Shown here one piece after another: positions 26,181 through 33,100 of a stretch of DNA of 33,100 bases; within the stretch, counting starts at the first letter, position 1, and each line of letters starts with the position of its first letter. Origin of the DNA: Holosporales bacterium (GTDB lineage Bacteria > Pseudomonadota > Alphaproteobacteria > Paracaedibacterales > UBA11393). Below the pieces are notes generated by a model. It worked only from the letters and a program-made list of their open reading frames with translations, made no database searches and was not told the origin of the DNA. The stretch spans positions 14,368-47,467 of the forward strand of contig DPKF01000061.1 in assembly GCA_003542655.1 (NCBI GenBank), in the 5' to 3' direction. Made by a program: the position numbers and the translations under genes.

Positions 26181-26576
26181 ATGTCTGATCAAAATATGCC
26201 GCTATTTCAAAGTATATTATCATCCAGTTTTGTGACAAAAACAGGTGAGGAAAGTCAGCAAGCGCTAGACTTGAATAAACTGCTTATGCCGCACCCCATT
26301 ACAACATTTTTTGTGCGCGTACAAAGTGATGCCATGATGTGTGCCAACATTAATAAAGAAGACATTTTAATTGTTGATAAAAGTTTAACACCAAAACACA
26401 ATGATATAATCATTGCTATTCTTGATGGAGAGCAACTTGTAAGGCGGTTTATAAAAGAAAAGGATCAGGTATTTTTATCATCAAACGGAGGACAAAATCT
26501 ATACTCTATAACAGAAGATACTGATTTTTCAGTATGGGGTGTTGTGACCTATATTATTCATAAGGTATCTTCTTAA
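26181..26576 (+). CDS. umuD: UmuD-like S24-fold protein with substituted catalytic dyad and cleavage site
   Basis: 131 aa. It aligns gap-free with E. coli UmuD as I recall it (LDLNKLLMPHPITTFFVRV.SDAMM...DILIVDKSL...DIIIAILDGEQLVRRF...VWGVVTYIIHK). GDSM is replaced by SDAM (Ala51, codon 26331-26333). TVKKL is replaced by LVRRF (Arg88, codon 26442-26444). Cys-Gly is replaced by Ser-Ser. Confidence 0.85.
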   Translation: MSDQNMPLFQSILSSSFVTKTGEESQQALDLNKLLMPHPITTFFVRVQSDAMMCANINKEDILIVDKSLTPKHNDIIIAILDGEQLVRRFIKEKDQVFLSSNGGQNLYSITEDTDFSVWGVVTYIIHKVSS

Positions 26577-26587
26577 GATGATTGAAA

Positions 26588-27868
26588 ATGCGTGATAAAA
26601 TATTTGCCCTTGCTGATGTAAACAATTGTTTCGTTTCTATTGAACGTGTTTTTCAACCGCATTTAAACAATAAACCTGTGCTTGTTTTATCCAGCAATGA
26701 TGGCTGTGTTATAGCACGGTCTAATGAGGTTAAGGATTTGGGCATTGAAATGAGCGCGCCGCATTTTAAAATTAAACAGCTTATTAAAGACCATAACATA
26801 CATATTTTTTCATCCAATTTTGCGCTTTATTCAGATATGTCGCGTCGCATTATGGCGTTTTTAAAATTTATGAATCCACACATGGAGGTTTATTCTGTGG
26901 ACGAGGCTTTTTTAGACTTTTCAGGTATTCAAAATCCTTATGCAGCGGCATTAGACATGCGTCAAAAAGTTAGTCAAGGTCTTGGTGTGCCCATGAGTTT
27001 TGGTATTGCAACAACAAAGACGCTTACAAAAATAGCTAATAGCTTAGCTAAAAAATCAGCCTCTGGTGTGGTTGAGCTTTTACAAAACGACATCATTGAT
27101 GACGTTTTAAAATCACTCACCGTTGATAAAATATGGGGCATTGGAAAGCAAACGGCTTTAAGCTTAAGAGGGTGGGGTTTTTATACGGCCTATGATTTAA
27201 AAACCGCAGACCCACGTAGCATAAGACAGCGTTTTTCTGTTGTGACAGAACGCATTGTGCGCGAACTAAACGGCATATCATGTCTTTCTTTTGATGAGGT
27301 GCGAGATTCTAAAAAATCCATGCGTGTATCTAAAAGTTTCAGTCAGAAAGTTTATGCGTTTGATCTTATTGAGCAAGCTTTATCAACATTTACAGCATCA
27401 TTATGTCAAAAACTTAGGGAACAAAAACAATGCACAAATGCTTTTTCTATATTTTTAAAAGTTAAGACAGACAAACCCCAAGGCGACCTTATATCAAAAG
27501 AAATAACACTTTCAACTTTTACCAATAATACCTTTACAATCGTAAAGGCTGCTGTTCTTGCCGCAAAAAATTTGTTTAAAGCAAACACACCTTATAAAGC
27601 GGTTGGGATTACCTGCTATAACTTGCAACCAGAAGACTTGCCGCAAACTAAAAGCTTATTCTGTGACAAAATGAATGCAAATACAAAGGCTAGAAACAAA
27701 CACCAAGAAAAATCTTTAAAAGCAATGGACGCTGTTAATAATAAGTTTGGCAAAGGGGCGCTTCGCTTATTATCAGAAGGGCTAGATCAATCCGCGTGGA
27801 AGGCCGCCTCTGATCATAAAAGCCAAGCTTTTACAACAAACTGGAAAGAACTGATGGTTGTGACATAA
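26588..27868 (+). CDS. umuC: UmuC, Y-family translesion DNA polymerase (Pol V catalytic subunit)
   Basis: The start is ATG 26588 (or TTG 26582). FALADVNNCFVSIERVFQPHLNNKPVLVLSSNDGCVIARSNEVKDLGIEM and YSVDEAFLDFSG closely parallel E. coli UmuC, including the catalytic D (DVN) and DE (SVDEAF). Confidence 0.95.
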   Translation: MRDKIFALADVNNCFVSIERVFQPHLNNKPVLVLSSNDGCVIARSNEVKDLGIEMSAPHFKIKQLIKDHNIHIFSSNFALYSDMSRRIMAFLKFMNPHMEVYSVDEAFLDFSGIQNPYAAALDMRQKVSQGLGVPMSFGIATTKTLTKIANSLAKKSASGVVELLQNDIIDDVLKSLTVDKIWGIGKQTALSLRGWGFYTAYDLKTADPRSIRQRFSVVTERIVRELNGISCLSFDEVRDSKKSMRVSKSFSQKVYAFDLIEQALSTFTASLCQKLREQKQCTNAFSIFLKVKTDKPQGDLISKEITLSTFTNNTFTIVKAAVLAAKNLFKANTPYKAVGITCYNLQPEDLPQTKSLFCDKMNANTKARNKHQEKSLKAMDAVNNKFGKGALRLLSEGLDQSAWKAASDHKSQAFTTNWKELMVVT

Positions 27869-27959
27869 AAAATACGATAAAATAGGCAATAAATGCAACT
27901 GTATATAGGGTTTGTGTAACATGTATATCCCTAGATTTAAAAAATAGGAAATAAGCATT

Positions 27960-30911
27960 ATGGAAAATGAAACCATAACAGAAATTCAGTTTAAGGTTCC
28001 GGGACAGAGGATCATCGATCTTATTGATAAAATAGCCGGTGACAAGAATAAGTCGATACTAGACGTTGCCTCTAATTGTAAATCGTTAGATGTTTTCTCG
28101 TTATGTTTTCATGAGCAGTCTTTTTATCTGGGTGCGATGACTTTAAAGCCCCTTCAAAAAGGTGGTTGGGGCGGGGCCAAAATGTGTAGGTCTACTTTCA
28201 ATGAAGATATTCGTGATTATGTTAATCAAATCAATAGGTTTACGGCATATAGTGGATCAAAGTTTGGTGCAGTTGAATACTTTCCTATAAAAACATCTGT
28301 AGATTTTTTATTTTTGACAGAGCTTATCAAAAATGGCTATGTCTTTTTAGGGAGAAATACACAGCTTAAAATTTCTTTTTCAGAAAAATCTGTCCCCGTT
28401 CAATTTGATTGGATATATGATGAGATAAGTAATTCCTATTCATTTAAAGAAAAAAATATTGATTTACCTTATATTTTAATTAAAAAACCAATACCCATTC
28501 TCTTTAATGAGGTGCAGGGAACGTTCCATGAAATTGCAACAGAAATGGAACAAAAGACACTTATTAATTTGTTAAACTTACCACCTGTGACACCTGAACA
28601 AACAAAGTATATATCAGAAAAACTTGTCAAAACGAAAGCGCCTATATTAATACCACCCAAAAACATTGTTTTACAAAAAATTGAACCGTCTCCAATTCTA
28701 ACCCTACGATCAGTTGTCGAGGATTATGAATCATATCCTGTTGGTGATCTCAGTTTTTTATATGGATCGAGAGAGTGCAAACACAATGATAAAGCAAAAA
28801 AAATTGATTATGTTAAAGATGGCAATATTATTCGCATTGAGCGGGATTTTGACTATGAAGAAAAAATAATTAAAGAAATGATTCTTAAAAAAATGCATAT
28901 TCTTTCTATTAATAGTTATTGGGGGCAAGGAAGAATAACGCGTTTTTTTGTTCCTCAATTTAAAAGATCACACAAAAAAGACCTTGATCAGTGCTGGACT
29001 GATTTTTTAACGAATGATATCCCCGTTTTTAAAAATAAGGGCATTCATATTAATTTTGATGATACTTTCCCATACTCTCCCGCTGTTGAAGATGATTGGT
29101 TCTTAGACATAGAAAGTTCCGGCATCGATTGGTTTGACACTGAAATTGGCGTTAATATTAATAATGAAAAAATAAATCTTTTACCCATTTTATTAAAACT
29201 TCTTCATGCAAATGGTTCCGATTTTCGTGTGCCGCCACATCAAGATGTTAAAATTGCAATTCAAGGGGAGCGCGACATTTTTTTAAAAGCAGATCGCGTC
29301 AACACAATTTTGGGTTTTTTAAGATCTATTGTGAAAGCTGGTGGTGATACAAAAGATAAAAGTAAAATAAAAATTAGCCGTCTTGATGCCATTCAGCTTG
29401 ATGAATTTAAGAAAACGGGTTTTAAGGATGCAAACTGGTCTGGTGAAGAAGTTTTATTAGATTTTGCAAAGAAGCTGAAAAATTTTAAAAGAATTACAAA
29501 AGTTAGCTCACCAAAAGAATTGAAAGCTGATCTACGCCCTTATCAAAAAGAAGGGCTAAACTGGTTTCAATTTTTAAGGTCATATAATTTATGCGGTATT
29601 TTAGCAGATGACATGGGCCTTGGAAAAACAATCCAAACCTTAGCGCATCTTTTGGTTGAGAAAAATGAGGGACGGCTAAAACAACCTGTCCTCCTTATTA
29701 TGCCAACAAGCCTTGTTGCGAACTGGGAATCTGAAATGACCCGGTTTGCGCCAAGCTTATCTGTTAAAATACTTCACGGTTCGAATAGGAATTTTGAAGC
29801 TTTAAATGAGTACGATATTTTGATGACAACATACGCACTTGTTACAAGAGATTTTGTTCACTTAGAAAAAATAACGTATTCTTTTATTATTTTGGATGAA
29901 GCGCAAAATATTAAAAATAAAAATACGCAGGTTGCAAAACTTTTACCACAATTAAAATCAGACCATAGATTGTGCTTAACGGGAACGCCCCTTGAAAACC
30001 ATTTAGGTGAACTATGGTCGTTGTTTAATTTTCTAATTCCAGGATTTTTAGGATCTGATCGTTATTTTAAGACTGAATTCAGAAATAAAATTGAAAAGAA
30101 AGATGATGCATCTGTAAAAAAAGCACTAGCAACACGCATTAAGCCGTTTATGCTGAGGCGCTTAAAATCACAAGTTGATATTGATTTGCCAGAAAAAACA
30201 GAAATTATTCAAAGATGTGAATTGTCAGACCCGCAGCGTGATTTGTATGAAACTGTTCGCCTTGCCATGCATAAAAAAGTTCAAAATGAAATTGCACAAA
30301 AGGGAATCAATAAAAGCCAAATTATTATTTTAGATGCTCTTTTAAAATTACGGCAGGTATGCTGCGATCCACGTTTATTAAAAACAGGACATCAAGTGAC
30401 AGAATCATCTAAGCTCACTATGCTCACTGAAATGGTGTGCGATATGGTTGAGGAGGGACGAAAAATTCTTATCTTTTCACAGTTTACAAGTATGCTTGAT
30501 TTAATAGAGGTTGAATTAAATAAGATGAACATTCCCTATGTTCAATTGAGGGGTAATACAAAAAATCGTAAACAGCCTGTTGAAGACTTTCAAAAAGGAA
30601 AAACACCGATTTTTCTAATCAGCTTAAAGGCGGGGGGCGTTGGTCTTAACCTGACTGCTGCAGATACGGTTATTCACTATGACCCATGGTGGAATCCGGC
30701 AGTTGAAAATCAGGCAACGGATAGAGCCCATAGAATTGGACAAAATAAACATATTTTTGTGTACAAATTTATTGCAAATAATACACTTGAAGAAAAAATA
30801 CTTGAATTTCAGGCCAAAAAGGCTGCAGTGGCTCAGGCAATATTTGATACAGATAATAAAAAACCATCATCAAAAATTACGCAGGATGACGTAAGTGCTC
30901 TATTTTCATAA
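27960..30911 (+). CDS. SNF2-family helicase/ATPase with bacterial SNF2-associated N-terminal region
   Basis: 983 aa. Motif I is ADDMGLGKTIQT, motif II is LDEAQNIKN, motif III is LTGTPLENHLGELWSLFNF, and the C-terminal helicase motifs are LISLKAGGVGLNLTAADTVIHYDPWWNPAVENQATDRAHRIGQ. The N-terminal IDWFDTEIGVNINNEKINLLPILLKLL resembles the SNF2-associated domain. Confidence 0.9.
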   Translation: MENETITEIQFKVPGQRIIDLIDKIAGDKNKSILDVASNCKSLDVFSLCFHEQSFYLGAMTLKPLQKGGWGGAKMCRSTFNEDIRDYVNQINRFTAYSGSKFGAVEYFPIKTSVDFLFLTELIKNGYVFLGRNTQLKISFSEKSVPVQFDWIYDEISNSYSFKEKNIDLPYILIKKPIPILFNEVQGTFHEIATEMEQKTLINLLNLPPVTPEQTKYISEKLVKTKAPILIPPKNIVLQKIEPSPILTLRSVVEDYESYPVGDLSFLYGSRECKHNDKAKKIDYVKDGNIIRIERDFDYEEKIIKEMILKKMHILSINSYWGQGRITRFFVPQFKRSHKKDLDQCWTDFLTNDIPVFKNKGIHINFDDTFPYSPAVEDDWFLDIESSGIDWFDTEIGVNINNEKINLLPILLKLLHANGSDFRVPPHQDVKIAIQGERDIFLKADRVNTILGFLRSIVKAGGDTKDKSKIKISRLDAIQLDEFKKTGFKDANWSGEEVLLDFAKKLKNFKRITKVSSPKELKADLRPYQKEGLNWFQFLRSYNLCGILADDMGLGKTIQTLAHLLVEKNEGRLKQPVLLIMPTSLVANWESEMTRFAPSLSVKILHGSNRNFEALNEYDILMTTYALVTRDFVHLEKITYSFIILDEAQNIKNKNTQVAKLLPQLKSDHRLCLTGTPLENHLGELWSLFNFLIPGFLGSDRYFKTEFRNKIEKKDDASVKKALATRIKPFMLRRLKSQVDIDLPEKTEIIQRCELSDPQRDLYETVRLAMHKKVQNEIAQKGINKSQIIILDALLKLRQVCCDPRLLKTGHQVTESSKLTMLTEMVCDMVEEGRKILIFSQFTSMLDLIEVELNKMNIPYVQLRGNTKNRKQPVEDFQKGKTPIFLISLKAGGVGLNLTAADTVIHYDPWWNPAVENQATDRAHRIGQNKHIFVYKFIANNTLEEKILEFQAKKAAVAQAIFDTDNKKPSSKITQDDVSALFS

Positions 30912-31072
30912 AAAAATAGATGCTCATTTCGTAAGTTAGTTGCGTATTTTATTTTTTAAGGACTATCAAAGTGATTTAATAACATGCTTAAGAAAAAAGC
31001 CACCTGTTTTCTTTACTTGTTCATTGTTTTATAATACTCTACTTGTTATATATATTCGTTTTATAGTGATGC

Positions 31073-32431
31073 ATGTTTAGAAAAGCCCAAGTTTACCTGG
31101 AAAAAGAATGGATTGTAGATCAAAATAGAAAACCGTTAGTTGTGCGTGGTGCACGCCAAGTAGGGAAAACGTGGTTAGCACGATCAGTTGCTAAAAATAC
31201 AAAAAAACAGTTAATTGAGATTAACTTTGAAAGAGATCCAAATCTTAAAAAGCTTTTCGATGGTAATGACCCAAAATCGATTATACAAAACCTAGAATTA
31301 TTTTTTTCTAAAACAATAGACCCAAGCAAAAGCCTTTTGTTTTTAGATGAAATTCAGGATGCACCTGAACTTTTAGCAAAACTACGTTGGTTTTATGAAG
31401 AACTTCCTGAACTTGCTGTTATCGTTGCAGGTTCATTATTGGAATTTATTATTCAGGACCACGCCTTTAGCATGCCGGTTGGCCGCATAACGTATTTACA
31501 TTTAGAGCCTCTTTCCTTTGAAGAATTTTTAATGGCCAATAAAAAAGAAAAGTTGTCGCAGTTTCTGAGTGGCGTTGATCAAGCTATGGAAATCAACTCT
31601 ATGATTCATGAAACATTAACAGAGCAATTTCAAATTTATTCATTTATAGGGGGGATGCCGGAAGCCGTTCATACATATATTAAAACGCAGTCATATGAAT
31701 CTGTTATAAAAATTCACCAAGATTTATTATCAACGTATAGGGATGATTTTTTTAAATATAAAGGGCGCCTCGAGATTCATAGACTAGATTCTATTTTAAA
31801 GGCAATTCCTGCGCAGTTAGGTGAAAAATTTGTTTTTTCTAAAGCAGATAAGAATATTCAAGCAGTGACAGCAAAACAAATATTATCTTTATTTAATAAA
31901 GCACGGTTGGCGCATAAAGTTAACCGGTCATTAGGCAATAGTGTGCCATTAGAATCTGAAATACAAGATAAATCCTTCAAGCAAATATTTTTAGATGTCG
32001 GTTTGGCAAACAGAGCACTTGGATCTGTTTCACCTTTTATTAAAAATCAAATGCAAGGTGCAATTTCTGAACAAATTGTTGGGCAAATGCTTCGATGTAC
32101 ATTCCCATTTTTTTTGGAGCCTATGCTTTATTATTGGCAACGTGATGAAAATGGATCAAGTGCTGAGATTGATTATTTGATAGAATCTAATCAAAAAATT
32201 ATACCTATTGAAGTAAAATCAGGCAGTACTGGAAGTTTAAAATCTCTTCACAGTTTTATGTTTAGGAAAAAAGGCAAAATTGCTGTGCGCATTAATAATG
32301 ATGTATTAAGTATGACAGAGGTTAACGTTATAGTTGAGAACGGAGAACAGGTTAATTACAAATTACTCTCTATCCCATTTTATTTAACAGGACAGCTTTA
32401 TAAATTATTAGATACGGTTATTTTTGATTAA
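31073..32431 (+). CDS. AAA-family ATPase with DUF4143-type C-terminal domain (COG1373-like)
   Basis: 452 aa. Walker A is VRGARQVGKTWLA and Walker B is LLFLDEIQ. The C-terminus SAEIDYLIESNQKIIPIEVKSG is typical of the DUF4143/restriction-endonuclease-like tail of this family. Confidence 0.85.
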   Translation: MFRKAQVYLEKEWIVDQNRKPLVVRGARQVGKTWLARSVAKNTKKQLIEINFERDPNLKKLFDGNDPKSIIQNLELFFSKTIDPSKSLLFLDEIQDAPELLAKLRWFYEELPELAVIVAGSLLEFIIQDHAFSMPVGRITYLHLEPLSFEEFLMANKKEKLSQFLSGVDQAMEINSMIHETLTEQFQIYSFIGGMPEAVHTYIKTQSYESVIKIHQDLLSTYRDDFFKYKGRLEIHRLDSILKAIPAQLGEKFVFSKADKNIQAVTAKQILSLFNKARLAHKVNRSLGNSVPLESEIQDKSFKQIFLDVGLANRALGSVSPFIKNQMQGAISEQIVGQMLRCTFPFFLEPMLYYWQRDENGSSAEIDYLIESNQKIIPIEVKSGSTGSLKSLHSFMFRKKGKIAVRINNDVLSMTEVNVIVENGEQVNYKLLSIPFYLTGQLYKLLDTVIFD

Positions 32432-32699
32432 AATAGTCATGAAATTCTCTAGATTTTTTGTGGCGCGTATTGCGTGAACAGGAGACGTATAATATTTGGG
32501 TTTTGCACAAATTTTTCTTCTAATTCTATATCTAATAACCCCAATTCTGGATTAGAATTCAGTATGAGTAAGGATCACAGAGACATTTTACGTGACAAAT
32601 CGTGTTTTTTGAACAAATTTACACAATTTTAAAATTTTACGATGCATTCTGTTAAGGCTCATAAAAGATTGCACGTTTTTTCTAATGCCGAGTTGGGGT

Positions 32700-32732
32700 C
32701 ATAAATAAAACAGGGTAGAGTGGCATTTTGTA
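32700..32732 (+). repeat. copy B of the 24-nt motif (CATAAATAAAACAGGGTAGAGTGG + ATTTTGTA)
   Basis: See copy A. It lies in a ~450-bp stretch with no ORF of 60 aa or more, between the AAA ATPase gene and the IS6-like end. Confidence 0.6.
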
Positions 32733-32888
32733 AAAGTGATAACGCACGCTATAAAGTATTTTTAAAAAGTATATATAACAAATTGATATGAAAACCAAAA
32801 ACTGTATAGTTTTTTATACTATTATAGTTAAGACGTTTTTTTAGCTGCTGCTAATACAATATTATAGGACTTACTGCCCACTTCGTAT

Positions 32889-33100
32889 GGTTCTGTCGCA
32901 TCTGATGATGCAAGTTCGAAAAATGTGCTAAAATAGGAAATTATTTTAATTTTTCAATAACAAATGACCGGCGTATCACCATCACATTTACATCATTTTA
33001 AAGGTTTTTGTTCATCTCCATCCATTATTTTGATGTTCGTATATATGAAGTTTAGATTTTCACTAAGCTATCGTGATCCCTATATGTCAGACTAGTTGTC
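32889..33100 (+). mobile_element. left end of an IS6-family (IS26/IS257-like) insertion sequence, running off the right window edge
   Basis: GGTTCTGTCGCA... at 32889 resembles IS6-family terminal inverted repeats (GGTTCTGTTGCAAAGTT / GGCACTGTTGCAAA). A transposase-like ORF starts 75 nt downstream, which is the usual geometry. Confidence 0.55.
32964..33095 (+). pseudogene. IS6-family transposase N-terminal fragment ending in a premature TAG
   Basis: My translation is MTGVSPSHLHHFKGFCSSPSIILMFVYMKFRFSLSYRDPYMSD*. It shares FKG, IIL and SYRD spacing with IS26 Tnp (NPFKGRHFQRDIILWAVRWYCKYGISYRELQEML). The stop at 33093-33095 interrupts where homologues continue. Confidence 0.5.

Noticed and set aside
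26150-26190. Search for an SOS (LexA) box upstream of the umuD-like gene
   Set aside because: I see neither CTGT-N8-ACAG nor GTTC-N7-GTTC/GAAC-N7-GAAC. Only a lone GAAC is present, and the gene appears co-transcribed with the upstream Doc fusion. A CTGTATATAGGGTTTG string near 27900 lacks the ACAG half-site.
31012-31035. TATAAT at 31030 as a promoter for the AAA ATPase gene
   Set aside because: No acceptable -35 element lies at 16-18 nt spacing. In DNA this AT-rich, an isolated TATAAT is not informative.

Overview
This 33.1 kb window looks like part of a conjugative plasmid (less likely an ICE) from an AT-rich bacterium. A DnaA_N-like Rep, a DUF2608-type HAD protein and a compact F-type tra set hint at an intracellular Rickettsiales- or Legionellales-like host, but that is a low-confidence inference. 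All family calls come from reading the supplied translations and my own translations against remembered family motifs; no searches were run.

Layout:
1. 1-395 (-): partial YhcG/DUF1016-like gene running off the left edge.
2. 0.8-17.7 kb (-): an apparently intact F-type (MPF-F) type IV secretion/pilus operon, transcribed from 17.7 kb towards 0.8 kb in the order pilin-traL-E-K-B-V-C-trbI-trhF-like peptidase-traW-U-[relBE cassette on the opposite strand]-trbC-traN-F-H-G. No relaxase or coupling protein is seen in the window.
3. 17.7-20.9 kb: divergent XRE regulator, a Cache-containing degenerate histidine-kinase-like protein, and a HAD-like phosphatase.
4. 20.9-24.3 kb: plasmid maintenance region with a Rep carrying a DnaA_N-like C-terminus, a small RHH protein, four exact-period 120-bp tandem repeats, and ParA plus a ParG-like RHH protein.
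5. 24.7-32.4 kb: AT-rich cargo with a 5'-truncated serine recombinase, a RhuM-Doc fusion, a UmuD-like protein whose catalytic dyad and cleavage site are all substituted, an intact-looking UmuC, an SNF2 helicase and a DUF4143 AAA ATPase.
6. 32.9 kb to the end: left end of an IS6-family element with a broken transposase.

Most notable observations:
- The toxin-antitoxin cassette wedged antisense inside the tra operon.
- The tightly packed doc/umuD(dead)/umuC operon.
- The 120-bp repeat array.
- The pseudokinase.
- A 24-nt motif that brackets the cargo block.
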